A DNA stretch of 64,000 bases, taken from Promethearchaeota archaeon. Lineage in GTDB: Archaea > Asgardarchaeota > Lokiarchaeia > Sigyniarchaeales > SOKP01. The notes beneath the pieces are model-generated. The model was not told the origin of the DNA, ran no database searches, and saw only the letters and a program-made list of their open reading frames with translations. Below are positions 18,498 to 29,261 of the stretch, piece after piece. The first letter of the stretch is position 1. Each line of letters opens with the position of its first letter. The stretch lies in the NCBI GenBank assembly GCA_048941015.1, contig JBHLNZ010000002.1, positions 8,617-72,616 of the forward strand. Reading direction: 5' to 3'. The position numbers and the translations under genes are program-made.

Positions 18498-19388
18498 ATG
18501 GTTGTTGAAATAGATGTTACACAAAATTTTTGCCCAGAATGTGGAGGTTCTACAATAGCTATCGAAGAAAGAGGAGAAACAGTATGTCAGGCTTGTGGAT
18601 TAGTTGTTGGAGAAAGAGGCCTAGATATCACTCATAGCGGAATCAGGGCATATTCAAAACATGAAAAAGACAAAAAAGAAAGAACAGGATCTCCAATGTC
18701 AATTTTGATGCCTGATATTGGATTAAGTACAATAATAGATAGAACCAAAATTAAAAATCCTGATCTAAGACGTGCTGCGAAATGGAACACTCATTTATCC
18801 TGGGAAAAGAGAAATATGTTGATGGCGATAACAGAATTAAAACGGATAGGAGGCAATTTAAATTTTCCCGAGCGTGTAAAAAAATCTGCTGTTCGACTTT
18901 ATAAGGAAGTATTTAAAAGGCAATTATTACGCGGGAGGTCAATAAATGGAATGGTAGCCGCATGTGCTTATTATGCTTGTAAAGATGAGAAGGTTCCTAT
19001 AACACTTCAAGAGATTTTAGAGGAGGCATCTATTAATGATAACATTGTAAAGAAATGTTATAAGATTTTAGTCCGTGAATTAAACTTAAAAATTTCTCAT
19101 ATTGATCCTGTATCATTAATCCCACGATACTGTGCTGATTTGAGTTTAGGAATTGAAGTAGAAAAAGAAGCTATGCGGGTTTTACAAAATTTTATTAATA
19201 AAACTTCAATTTCTGGCAAAGATCCAAAAGGTTTATGTGCGGGAGCTATTTATTTAGTCTCTAAGATTAGAAATGTAAAAGTAAGTCAAAAAGATATTTC
19301 AGGTATTGTAGGTGTCACAGAAGTGACATTACGTTCAAGATATAAAGAATTATTAAAAAATATAAGTTTTAATTTTCGAGCAGATTAA
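18498..19388 (+). CDS. tfb: transcription initiation factor IIB (TFB)
   Basis: N-terminal zinc ribbon CPECGG...CQACG followed by two cyclin-like repeats (RGRSINGMVAACAYYACK, GKDPKGLCAGAIYL). Confidence 0.92.
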   Translation: MVVEIDVTQNFCPECGGSTIAIEERGETVCQACGLVVGERGLDITHSGIRAYSKHEKDKKERTGSPMSILMPDIGLSTIIDRTKIKNPDLRRAAKWNTHLSWEKRNMLMAITELKRIGGNLNFPERVKKSAVRLYKEVFKRQLLRGRSINGMVAACAYYACKDEKVPITLQEILEEASINDNIVKKCYKILVRELNLKISHIDPVSLIPRYCADLSLGIEVEKEAMRVLQNFINKTSISGKDPKGLCAGAIYLVSKIRNVKVSQKDISGIVGVTEVTLRSRYKELLKNISFNFRAD

Positions 19389-19424
19389 AAATATTTTTTC
19401 TATGTTTTTTTTTATAGGAGAAAA

Positions 19425-20513
19425 TTACAAATTTTCTCGAAACCAAGTTTTTGAATATTCAAAAAATTTTTTGTATCCCTCACAATAAAAAGATCTATCT
19501 GGATGGGGATTGTCTGGAAATATCCGATCTTTAATACAGCCTCCATTACATAAACTTAACCAATCACAATTTAAACATTCTTTTGAAAGTTTCTGCTTCC
19601 TTAACCCAAATTTGTTATCTCTTTTATTTTTCAATTCAGATAAACTTAATTCTGCTAAATTTCCGAGTCTTTCTTCTTTTTGAGCAAAAAAGTCACAAGG
19701 ATAGACATCTCCATTATATTCAACTAATAAATAATCTGCACATTTTTCTTCTAATACGCACAATCCTCTTGGTAGTTTATTATGATACGCTATAATACTA
19801 TTAAATAATCTTATTGAAGTTTTATCTGGATCTTTACTCCAAAGATCAAAAAATTCACATAAGAATCGTCCATATTGAGAAGAATTTATAGAATAAGATG
19901 CTCTTTTGCCATTTTGATATACCTCAAGTGCAGGAATAAATTGTAAATGATAAAAACCATTCTCTATAAAAAAATCATAAAGTTCTTTAACCTGATTAAC
20001 GTTTGATCTACTCACAACACATAGAATATTAAATTCCACTTTATTTTTTCTCATAGAATCAGCGGCATTCATAACTTTCTGCCATACAGACTTTTTACCT
20101 TTGCTTTTTCGATATTTATCATGAATTCGCTTTGGACCGTCTAAACTTAGACCAATCAAAAATTTATAGTTATAAAAAAATTCACACCAATCATCATTAA
20201 TAAGGATTCCATTTGTTTGAAACGCATTTCCTATAACTTGACCAGGTTCTCCATGTTTTTGTTGAAACTTAACAACTTTTTTAAAGAAATTTAACCCAGC
20301 TAAAGTTGGTTCTCCACCTTGCCAACCAAAAATTGATTCTTTAAATCTAAATCTAAGAAATTGTGAAACCATCCGATCAAGAATATTATAACTCATTCTA
20401 GGGTGTTTAGATTTGGGGTATAATTCTTCAACTCTAAGATAAAAGCAATATGTACATCTCAAATTGCAGTCAAAAGAAACAGGTTTAATGAGTAATTGAA
20501 AAGGTTTCATCAA
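19425..20513 (-). CDS. radical SAM / SPASM-domain maturase (anaerobic sulfatase-maturase-like)
   Basis: CNLRCTYCFY (CX3CX2C), GGEPTL, and C-terminal Cys clusters CLNCDWLSLCNGGC. Confidence 0.75.
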   Translation of the reverse strand: MMKPFQLLIKPVSFDCNLRCTYCFYLRVEELYPKSKHPRMSYNILDRMVSQFLRFRFKESIFGWQGGEPTLAGLNFFKKVVKFQQKHGEPGQVIGNAFQTNGILINDDWCEFFYNYKFLIGLSLDGPKRIHDKYRKSKGKKSVWQKVMNAADSMRKNKVEFNILCVVSRSNVNQVKELYDFFIENGFYHLQFIPALEVYQNGKRASYSINSSQYGRFLCEFFDLWSKDPDKTSIRLFNSIIAYHNKLPRGLCVLEEKCADYLLVEYNGDVYPCDFFAQKEERLGNLAELSLSELKNKRDNKFGLRKQKLSKECLNCDWLSLCNGGCIKDRIFPDNPHPDRSFYCEGYKKFFEYSKTWFRENL

Positions 20514-20595
20514 TTTGCATTAAAATTTGTAGTGAATAATAATTTAATATTGGAACAGAGTAACACAGATCAATTGCGCATGGTCTTTTCTAAAT

Positions 20596-21324
20596 TTACT
20601 TTTTGTGGCCGGTTCTTCGAGCAGCTATTAATCCTATTTTTCTACCAGGAGGTGCATTTCTTGATGTAGTAGTAGGAATATGAGGATGTTTATGTCTCCC
20701 ACCTCCAAATGGATGATCACTAGCGTTCATAGCAGATCCTCTAACTACGGGCCATTTTACTGCTTTAGATTTTAAGGAGTGAAATTTATTACCTGCTTTA
20801 AGAAAAGGTTTATCGGTTCTCCCACCACCAGCTACAACTCCGACAGTACAGAGACACGTTTCATGGAACCATTTTGTTTTTTTTGATCGAAATAACAGTT
20901 CTACCTTATTTTTAGACTTATTTCGAACTATCGCTGCAACACCGGATGATCTAGCAAATTTACCGCCGTCTTGTGGGGTTCCCTCTATATTAAAGACAAG
21001 TGTTCCTATTGGCATCTTTTTTAAAGGTAAAATATTCCCTACTTTTACATCCTGTCCATATCCAGTTTTAGATTGAGTAAATTCTTCACCTACATAGACT
21101 CCTTCAGGTGGGAGCCAGAAACCTTTTTGTTCATCTTCATATCTTATCTTTGCTATAGGTGCACCTCTTCCTGGAGAATGAATTAACTCAGTCACCTTAA
21201 ATGTGAAAGCTTTTTCACTTTTTTTGAAGGGGCGATATTTAATTTGACCTATATGTCTATGACTTGGAGAACGTGCCCATAAATTTCCATATCCTTTCCT
21301 TTGTACTAAGATTCGTTTACCCAT
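20596..21324 (-). CDS. rpl2: ribosomal protein uL2
   Basis: GRGAPIAKI, MPIGTLVFNIE and GSAMNASDHPFGGG signature. ATG at 21324 (MGKRILVQRKG) is preferred over the upstream GTG at 21333. Confidence 0.92.
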   Translation of the reverse strand: MGKRILVQRKGYGNLWARSPSHRHIGQIKYRPFKKSEKAFTFKVTELIHSPGRGAPIAKIRYEDEQKGFWLPPEGVYVGEEFTQSKTGYGQDVKVGNILPLKKMPIGTLVFNIEGTPQDGGKFARSSGVAAIVRNKSKNKVELLFRSKKTKWFHETCLCTVGVVAGGGRTDKPFLKAGNKFHSLKSKAVKWPVVRGSAMNASDHPFGGGRHKHPHIPTTTSRNAPPGRKIGLIAARRTGHKK

Positions 21325-21431
21325 AAATTTCACAAATAATTATGCGATACTTCTTCAAATTATTGAAAGTTTAAATTTTTTTTTATTTTGACTAAAATAA
21401 AGCTAGAATTAGGATAAAATTAAAAAAAATA

Positions 21432-22790
21432 TTACAGTTTTTTGCTTTTCAATAATTCATCGATATTATAATTAAAGGCAATAGGGATTTCCCTCTCGAT
21501 AAATTCACCCGCAATATTAGTTAAAAGCAAGTCTTTAATTTCCTCTTCATTCTTTGTCTGTCCTAATACCCAGCCTAGCTTAACATACCCAACTTCAGGT
21601 AACATGTTTTTACCCGCAATAACTCCTAAATTTAGTAATTCTCTTCCTGTTGAATAAACATTCATCCCTACAAAACCATGTAAAGTTTGAGTTGTCATAA
21701 TAATAGTTAAGCCTTCTTCAATTGCTCGTTTTATTGAATCATATATGAGTGTACTTACGTGTCCTAATCCTGTACCAGCAATAACAATTCCCTTATATTT
21801 CTTATCTATATAATATTCTATTATTTCATTTTCCATTCCCGGATAGAAATATATTAAAGCTACTTTTTTTTCAAAATTAGTATTTGCTATTGTATTCGCC
21901 TTATTCCTTTTCCTATAATCTTTTTTAAACATTTGAACTTTTCTATTCCTCACCATACCAAGAGGGATATCGTCGATAGTTCGAAAAGTATGTCTTACTG
22001 AAGAATGCATCTTCCTTACAAGCGTTCCCCGATGAATTAAACCGTAATCATGTGAAGGAGAACCGAGCATAGTGACTACTACTTCTGCTATATCAGAACC
22101 AGCAACGGTTGCAGCGTTTATTAAATTTAAAGCTGCATCGGAAGAAGGGCGATCAGAACTCCTTTGACTACCAGTAATAACAACTGGGATAGATAAATCT
22201 TCTAACATGAATGATAAGGCAGCACTTGTAAAACTCATAGTATCTGTTCCATGACCAATTATAATGCCATTAATACCAGAGTTAGCAGCATCTTTGACTT
22301 TTTCTGCTAATTTTTGCCAATACTCATGCCTCATATTTTCAGATAAGATTTCAAACACCATTTCACATTCAAGATTACATATTTCTGCTAATTCTGGAAC
22401 TGCACTAAATAATTCTCCAGGAGTAAAAGAAGGGATGACTGCCCCTGTAGTATAATCTAATCTTGATGCAACAGTACCTCCTGTACCAAGGAGTCTTACG
22501 TTTGGTAAATTCTTTTTCATGTTAAATTTTTTTTCTGGTATTTTATATTTAGCTTCTTGTTCTCCGATTTTATCGATTTTTATTATCTCGGAGATATTAA
22601 CTCCAATATTGTAATTATTATCTAATTTAATTTCTATATAGTTTGGAGCAGCATATTCAGCTCTCGGTAGAATTATTCCTTCTAACATTGTTTTATCAGT
22701 AGTGACTCTTACTATATCCCAAACTCCAATATTTTTTTCTTCTAATAATTTTTTAGCTTCTTCTTTATATCCTTTAAACTTATCTGCCAT
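21432..22790 (-). CDS. gatD: Glu-tRNA(Gln) amidotransferase subunit D
   Basis: Asparaginase-like domain (LGTGGTVAS, HGTDTM). Lies immediately downstream of gatE. Confidence 0.9.
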   Translation of the reverse strand: MADKFKGYKEEAKKLLEEKNIGVWDIVRVTTDKTMLEGIILPRAEYAAPNYIEIKLDNNYNIGVNISEIIKIDKIGEQEAKYKIPEKKFNMKKNLPNVRLLGTGGTVASRLDYTTGAVIPSFTPGELFSAVPELAEICNLECEMVFEILSENMRHEYWQKLAEKVKDAANSGINGIIIGHGTDTMSFTSAALSFMLEDLSIPVVITGSQRSSDRPSSDAALNLINAATVAGSDIAEVVVTMLGSPSHDYGLIHRGTLVRKMHSSVRHTFRTIDDIPLGMVRNRKVQMFKKDYRKRNKANTIANTNFEKKVALIYFYPGMENEIIEYYIDKKYKGIVIAGTGLGHVSTLIYDSIKRAIEEGLTIIMTTQTLHGFVGMNVYSTGRELLNLGVIAGKNMLPEVGYVKLGWVLGQTKNEEEIKDLLLTNIAGEFIEREIPIAFNYNIDELLKSKKL

Positions 22791-24710
22791 TTATCTCAAC
22801 TCCTTTAGCTTTTCAGTTAATTGAGTTTTCAATTCTTTAGATACTAATGCTCCATCTATTCGTCCTTTTACTTTTTTCATTATTTCACCCATTAATGGTC
22901 CCATTGCTCTCATTTCCTTTTCTAAAATCAACTTTTTATTTGTATTTATTATCTCTCTGATAATTTTATTTAAATCTTCGATTGAAATTGTATCAATATT
23001 AAGTTTATTTATAATTTTTGATATTGTTAAATCAGGAGATTCAGTTTTCATTATTAATATATCTTCGATAATTTCTTTTCCAATTTGTTTTTTCTTCAGT
23101 AATGTGAAAAGATCTATATAATCTTGATGTTTTATTTTTTCTATTTTCTTTCCATCTCTCCTAAGGGCAGTGGTTGTTTCTAAAAGTGTGGTTAAGATGG
23201 TGGAGGGGTTATCAGGATAAACATTAATTAAATTATTAAACAATTCTAACTTATCCTTGAAAATTAATTTCTTAATTAACCTTGATTCTGTGTTATATTT
23301 ATCCGAATATTCTTTTATTACATCCCAGGGATACGTTGGCAAATTATTTTTTATTTCCTCAATTTCATCTTTGGTATTGAAGATTGCTTTAGAATCTGTA
23401 TCTGGATAAAGTCTTGCTCCACCATGCAATTCTCTTAGAAATTCGGTATTCCCATTATCAAGTGCTCGTCTTGTTTCTGGAGGTACTCCTTTAAAGGCAA
23501 ACTTAACTCTTTCGGTAATAACATCCATGGCTTTTTGAACTTCCTTTTTAGTTCCAAGGACTAATACAAAACAATCCTCTTCGCTTGAGTTTAGTTTTTT
23601 TCTAATTTTCATTACTTCCTCTCCAGAAAGTTTATATTTTTTCAGATCTTCATCCGAATGGATAATCCCTTTTATTCCTGTTAAAGTTTTAACTTTACTA
23701 CTTACTTCAGTTCCAAATCTATAATCTTCCATTAAAATTTTCCCAAATAGTCCTTTAAATCCCTCAAAGTTGATACCAAATAATACTTTTCCAGACTTTA
23801 AACCGTTCGAAATGAAACCAGATTTTGAATCCGATATAAAATTAGTTAATTCTATTGATTTCTTAGCAATTTTTTCTTCTTTTAATCCCCTTTTTAGTAA
23901 CTCATTTTTAATTTCAATTAACTTTAATTGGCGAGAAATTTCATGATTTATTAAAGTTGGAATCCATCCTAATTTTTGAACTCCTTTTATTTCAATTCTT
24001 GTCCCTGATTTAATACTCACATTAATATCCTGTCTAATTGACCCAATTACTTTTTTCACACTTGTAGACCAAAGTAATAATCCAATCCTTTCTGCACACT
24101 CTCGGCATTCGTAAGGATCATTAATATCAGGTTTTGTAGTTACTTCAATTAAAGGAATTCCTAATCGATCTAATCGAAAATAATTGGTTTTATTTTCAGT
24201 TTTAATCCTTCTTGCGGCTTCTTCTTCTAAACTTAAGATGAAAATGCCAATTTTCTTACCATTCTCGAGTATTATATTTCCATCTGTACCCAAAATCATA
24301 GTTCTTTGAAACCCGCAGGGTACACTCCCATCAAGATAATTCTTTCGACATACATGCATTTCTTCAATAATATTTGCATTTAAAAGTAATGCTATCTGTA
24401 ATGCAATTTTTCTTGCTTCATTATTACAGGAAAAAGGAGGAGTGTCATCTAATTCATAAGTACAAATAACATCATTGTATCCTTCATATATGATATTCAT
24501 TCCCTTTTCGTATTCTGTTAGCATTGCTTTATCAAAGGTTCCCATCTCTCCTAAAACAGGTCTCATAAACCTCCTTATAGTAAAGTCTGGTTCTCTAGTG
24601 CCTTGGAGTTTACTAGGACATCTACAAAATAACTTTTCTTTTGTCTCAAGTTGTTGATGAATTTCTAATCCGCATTTAAGAGCTAATTTTTTATAATCAA
24701 ATTCTACCAT
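22791..24710 (-). CDS. gatE: Glu-tRNA(Gln) amidotransferase subunit E
   Basis: N-terminal GLEIHQQL, GatB/E core and C-terminal YqeY-like tail. The stop abuts the gatD start. Confidence 0.9.
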   Translation of the reverse strand: MVEFDYKKLALKCGLEIHQQLETKEKLFCRCPSKLQGTREPDFTIRRFMRPVLGEMGTFDKAMLTEYEKGMNIIYEGYNDVICTYELDDTPPFSCNNEARKIALQIALLLNANIIEEMHVCRKNYLDGSVPCGFQRTMILGTDGNIILENGKKIGIFILSLEEEAARRIKTENKTNYFRLDRLGIPLIEVTTKPDINDPYECRECAERIGLLLWSTSVKKVIGSIRQDINVSIKSGTRIEIKGVQKLGWIPTLINHEISRQLKLIEIKNELLKRGLKEEKIAKKSIELTNFISDSKSGFISNGLKSGKVLFGINFEGFKGLFGKILMEDYRFGTEVSSKVKTLTGIKGIIHSDEDLKKYKLSGEEVMKIRKKLNSSEEDCFVLVLGTKKEVQKAMDVITERVKFAFKGVPPETRRALDNGNTEFLRELHGGARLYPDTDSKAIFNTKDEIEEIKNNLPTYPWDVIKEYSDKYNTESRLIKKLIFKDKLELFNNLINVYPDNPSTILTTLLETTTALRRDGKKIEKIKHQDYIDLFTLLKKKQIGKEIIEDILIMKTESPDLTISKIINKLNIDTISIEDLNKIIREIINTNKKLILEKEMRAMGPLMGEIMKKVKGRIDGALVSKELKTQLTEKLKELR

Positions 24711-24882
24711 TTAAAATCGAACTTTCTTTTTTAGAGTTAATAAAATACAATAACTTATCAAGTAAGAAGATATTTAATTATTTTCAAAAAAGAATATATT
24801 AATTTAAAATTGAAGTAAGTAGTTAAGCATCGATTTCTTTGTTCGATGATATTTTATAAAAACACAAAAATAGAAAATTTTT

Positions 24883-27210
24883 TTAGGTATTCCTATAACA
24901 ATATCTATTTTTAATATCATTTTGTACAGCTTTTGGAAGTTCTATATAGCGAGCGCTATAACCTGAAACGCGAACCATAAAATTTTGGTACTTTTCTGGA
25001 TTTTTTTGAGCATCTTCAAGATCTGAAAACGATATGGAATTAAATTGTATATGAGATCCATTTAATTCGATATAAGCTTTTAGCAAGGATTCTAAAATTT
25101 TTCCTTCATTAATCTTTACAATACCAGGATCAATATTTAATGTGCAAGCTAATCCATTAGCCAGGAGTGAATGGTCTAACTTGGTGATACTATTGATTGT
25201 AGCTGTAAGACTCTTTTCACCGATAAATCCAGGAGCGATATCTCTCGTTAAAGGTTTACCTTTTTTTCTTCCAGAAGGGAGCGCTCCAGTAAAAATACCA
25301 AAACCAACATGTGTAGTCATGGCATGAATGCCTACTCGATATTCGCCTCCTCTTGCAGATTTAAGGCCCTTTACAGATCTAAATAGTATCTCTCCTACCT
25401 TTTTAGCATACTTATCTGCATCTAGATTATCATTTCCATATTTTGGACATTTATACAAAAGATAATTATGTAATTCTTTAAAACCTCTAAAGTTATTTTT
25501 AATAGCATCTACAATTTCTGCCATGGTATATTGCTTTTGTATAAAGACAGCCCAATCAATAGCAGCAAGAGAGTCAACTACGTCAGAAAATCCTGTAACA
25601 TGAATGCCTGCAAAATTATATTTTGCTGAACCTTCACCTACATCGTATCCCTTTTCAAAACAACCTTTTATAGATAATGACATTAATGGAGTAGGTTTAA
25701 TCTTTTGATGAGCTTGCTGATAAGCATTAGCAGCATTAGCAGCCATCTCCATCATTGATTTTAGATTAATTTCAAATGCTTGGAGAACTTCCTCTATTGA
25801 TCTAAAACGAGAAGGATCAATAGTGTTTTTGATATATTGACTAATATAAGATTTATCAGTTCCTAACGCGAGTTCTAATGCTTTTGCAGTGTTAAGAAAT
25901 ACAGCACCTGTATTATCATATGATGCACCTGATGTTGATAACCCTACACATCCAACAACTCCATAATCTCTTGCTTCTTCCAAAGATATCCCGAAGCGCA
26001 TTAAACTTTTAACAACTAACTCATCATTATAACAACCTATAATATTTTTGCCCTTTGCTAGTATTTCTGCTATTTTTTTATATATTTCATGTGGAGTTTG
26101 TTTGTTTAATCTTACTACTAAATTTGGACTAGGAACTTCAGTTTCATCAACAGCTTTTAAAAATAAATATGTTAATTCATTCGTAGCATCCTTTCCACTT
26201 TTATCAAAACCACCAATCAATACATTTTGTGTTGTCGCCATGCCTCCAAAATATTGGGTAGCTATTGAGTCATATAATGCTATGATTTCATTAGTTTTTA
26301 ATAAAAGATTTTTAAAAAGCTTCAGAGCATTTTCAACATTTCCACCATAATATGGTAAAAGATATTGATCAGTCCTTCCAAAGGAGATTCCATGCTCAAA
26401 ATTTTCTAAATGAAGAGCCATATGAATAAACCAAAGAAATTGCATTGCCTCTTGTAAATCCCTTGGTGGATTTTCGGGAATATGTTTACAACATTCTGCA
26501 ATCTTCTTCAATTCTTTTTTCCTGATTTGGTTTACTTCCTTTTCTGCTAAGATTTCAGCTTGATTAGCATACTTTCTACTGTAATTAATTAAGGCTTTAG
26601 ATATAATTATCATAGATTTATAAAAAGCAATTTTCTCTGCTCCCATTAAATCTGAAGTTAAAAGATTTTCAGTATCTTTTAATTTTTCTTCTGATAATTT
26701 TATATATTTTCTTAATCCCATAGATAATAATCTTGGATAGTCTATAACCGCATGTGCAATTCCTCCTATTTCTGTTGCAACATACGCACACCCACTGAAA
26801 GAAGTTTCAAATACTTCTTCTGGAGCTAATTCTCTTGCATATTTATCTATTTTAAAATTTTCATAAAAAGGAGCAATCTCTTCTCTTAGTATCTTTTTAT
26901 CATGCTCATTAATATTTATCGGATTTATATTACGATTAGGAAGGATATCAAGTTCCTTCATAATTCTAAAACCACTTGCTTCTAATCTTGGTATAGCAAC
27001 TGGAATATTATTATCAAAAGTTCCTACAATAATCTCATCCGGTCTAATAATAATAGGTAAACTTTCTAAAGTAAATCTTAATCCTTCAGCTTGTCTTATG
27101 ATCATAGGTTTTCCAGATGTTTCCTTAAGGGCTTTAGTATAGGATAAGGGAACTTTTAGCGATATATGTGGAGTATCTCGAACAAGATCATTTAATAATT
27201 TTATAGCCAT
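24883..27210 (-). CDS. glycyl-radical enzyme, pyruvate formate-lyase 2 / dehydratase-like family
   Basis: 775 aa. C-terminal glycyl-radical motif MVRVSGYSARYIEL. Candidate thiyl Cys loop YGVVGCVGLS. Confidence 0.8.
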   Translation of the reverse strand: MAIKLLNDLVRDTPHISLKVPLSYTKALKETSGKPMIIRQAEGLRFTLESLPIIIRPDEIIVGTFDNNIPVAIPRLEASGFRIMKELDILPNRNINPININEHDKKILREEIAPFYENFKIDKYARELAPEEVFETSFSGCAYVATEIGGIAHAVIDYPRLLSMGLRKYIKLSEEKLKDTENLLTSDLMGAEKIAFYKSMIIISKALINYSRKYANQAEILAEKEVNQIRKKELKKIAECCKHIPENPPRDLQEAMQFLWFIHMALHLENFEHGISFGRTDQYLLPYYGGNVENALKLFKNLLLKTNEIIALYDSIATQYFGGMATTQNVLIGGFDKSGKDATNELTYLFLKAVDETEVPSPNLVVRLNKQTPHEIYKKIAEILAKGKNIIGCYNDELVVKSLMRFGISLEEARDYGVVGCVGLSTSGASYDNTGAVFLNTAKALELALGTDKSYISQYIKNTIDPSRFRSIEEVLQAFEINLKSMMEMAANAANAYQQAHQKIKPTPLMSLSIKGCFEKGYDVGEGSAKYNFAGIHVTGFSDVVDSLAAIDWAVFIQKQYTMAEIVDAIKNNFRGFKELHNYLLYKCPKYGNDNLDADKYAKKVGEILFRSVKGLKSARGGEYRVGIHAMTTHVGFGIFTGALPSGRKKGKPLTRDIAPGFIGEKSLTATINSITKLDHSLLANGLACTLNIDPGIVKINEGKILESLLKAYIELNGSHIQFNSISFSDLEDAQKNPEKYQNFMVRVSGYSARYIELPKAVQNDIKNRYCYRNT

Positions 27211-27395
27211 TATGAACCTTGATATCTATTATAATAAAGATTTAGCTAAAATTCTTTTTATGGTTAATTGTTATAAGAATTAAGCTAATTAAAATTCTGC
27301 ATGTAAATTAACAAAATTGTAATGAATCAGAAATTAATAGAATAAGCATTTAAAAAAAGTAGTTAAATAAAATATAATTTATATTTAGTTCAATT

Positions 27396-29027
27396 TTAAA
27401 TAAGCTTTTTTGAAACATAAACACCATCTAACCTATAGCCTAATTCATAAAACCAATCCCTTGCACCTATTCCGCTAATTACAGCTAACTTATTAGCGTC
27501 AAATTCTTCTGAAGATATTTTTTCAGCATTTTCGAGTAACATTTTACCGAATCCTCTATGTTGGATTTGGCTATAACGGTCAGGTTTTGAATCTTTTGGT
27601 ACTAATTCGCCTACAACTTTAATTTCTCTTACAACCATAGTTTTACCATCATTTAATTCCGATCTATGTGCAAATTCAGATGGTTTTCTTAGACGTAAAT
27701 AACCAACTAGATAATTATCTTGCAAATTCTCATAGGATAAAAAAACTTCTGCTCCTTTTGAAGCCTTATAATTTAAACGTTTTAATTTGATATTTTTTAA
27801 GGAATTTTCATCTTTCAATAACTGTTTATTAGAGATACCGTATTCTCGGCACCTAATACAATTACATTTAGCATTTAATTCTTTTAATCTTTCCTGAACT
27901 AATTGTCTTAGATTGCTTTTATTACATCCTGCTTCTATTAATGGAGCTGGTATATCTCTCATGATACGTTGTATTCTTACATATGAAGGTAATTTTTGCT
28001 TAATATTTGCTATTAAATCGATCAACTGGTCAGTAGTATAAGGAAGATAATTCCCTTCTTTCCACCACTTATATAATTCAGTTCCTTTTATAACCAAACA
28101 TGGATAAATTTTAAGCATATCTGGGCGATAATCAGGATTTGAATATAGTATATTGAACATTTCGAGATCTTTTGGATAATCTGAACCTGGTAAATTAGGC
28201 ATTATATGAGCATTAATTTTTAAACCACTATCTTTAGCAATCCTGATTGCTTCTATACTATCTTCAATAGTATGTCCCCTGTTAATTAAATTGTAAATCT
28301 CATTATAAACCGTTTGAATCCCAATTTCTACTCGCGTTGTTCCAAAAGTGAGCATTCTATCAACATGAAATTCTTTACAATAATCTGGCCTTGTTTCTAT
28401 TGTTAATCCAATTAATCTTCTTTTAGATTTTTCAGCTGAATTTTTAGCGTTTTCAAGGGTATCTACTTTCTTATTAATTATTCCCTCATATGCGCCTTTT
28501 ATGAAATATTCTTGGTAATTTCTATCAGCTGAAAGGAATGTTCCCCCCATTATGATTAATTCAATTTTATCTACTTGATGACCTATGGCCTCTAAATCAT
28601 TGATTCTACTTTTTACCTGTTTACAAGGTTCATAGTCATTATAAATTGAACGCATCGCAGCAGGTTCACGTCCAGTATAAGATTGTGCCGCTTTATTTCC
28701 AGGTTGAGAATCTTGACCAGGACAGTAAATGCAAGTGCCTGGACAAGGAAGCGGTTTTGTCATTATTGCTATGACAGACACTCCAGATTGAGTTCTTGTT
28801 GTTCTTCTTTTAAGAATTTGAGTTATAATTTGTTTTTCTTCATTTGTAGCAAAATCTAGTATAGTAGCATTTTTAATGACTTTATTATAATTATATTTTT
28901 TTCCTATTTTACCTTTAATATTTGTTATTTTTTGACGTGAAGTTCCTGGATTTCTAATTAAGTAATTTATAACATCTCTAGAAATTTTTTCGATAATATT
29001 TGTGTTATCAACTTCAACAGGAACCAT
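27396..29027 (-). CDS. elp3: Elp3-family tRNA uridine(34) modification enzyme (radical SAM + GNAT)
   Basis: CPGTCIYCPG cluster, radical-SAM core, and C-terminal GNAT (HRGFGKMLLENAE). Confidence 0.88.
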   Translation of the reverse strand: MVPVEVDNTNIIEKISRDVINYLIRNPGTSRQKITNIKGKIGKKYNYNKVIKNATILDFATNEEKQIITQILKRRTTRTQSGVSVIAIMTKPLPCPGTCIYCPGQDSQPGNKAAQSYTGREPAAMRSIYNDYEPCKQVKSRINDLEAIGHQVDKIELIIMGGTFLSADRNYQEYFIKGAYEGIINKKVDTLENAKNSAEKSKRRLIGLTIETRPDYCKEFHVDRMLTFGTTRVEIGIQTVYNEIYNLINRGHTIEDSIEAIRIAKDSGLKINAHIMPNLPGSDYPKDLEMFNILYSNPDYRPDMLKIYPCLVIKGTELYKWWKEGNYLPYTTDQLIDLIANIKQKLPSYVRIQRIMRDIPAPLIEAGCNKSNLRQLVQERLKELNAKCNCIRCREYGISNKQLLKDENSLKNIKLKRLNYKASKGAEVFLSYENLQDNYLVGYLRLRKPSEFAHRSELNDGKTMVVREIKVVGELVPKDSKPDRYSQIQHRGFGKMLLENAEKISSEEFDANKLAVISGIGARDWFYELGYRLDGVYVSKKLI

Positions 29028-29135
29028 TATATCATACTCTTAAAAAGATTTGAAATTTCATAGAATTTTTTTATGTCTCAAATTATATATTTTGGCATGA
29101 AGTTAATATTTTGTGACAATATATAATAAAAGATT

Positions 29136-29151
29136 TGTTATGCTCATAACA
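29136..29151. promoter_or_regulatory. perfect 7-2-7 palindrome TGTTATG-CT-CATAACA; candidate operator
   Basis: Read directly from the sequence. Its core TATGCTCAT (29139-29147) recurs inverted as ATGAGCATA at 29212-29220, about 45 nt upstream of the HTH-roadblock gene. Confidence 0.35.
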
Positions 29152-29261
29152 TAGAATCCGGGGTATAACTATAAAAAGATTTATATATAACTTATTTTAT
29201 TAAATGTAACAATGAGCATAATATTAATAATTAATAAAATTTAACTGAGTAGGGATTTAAT

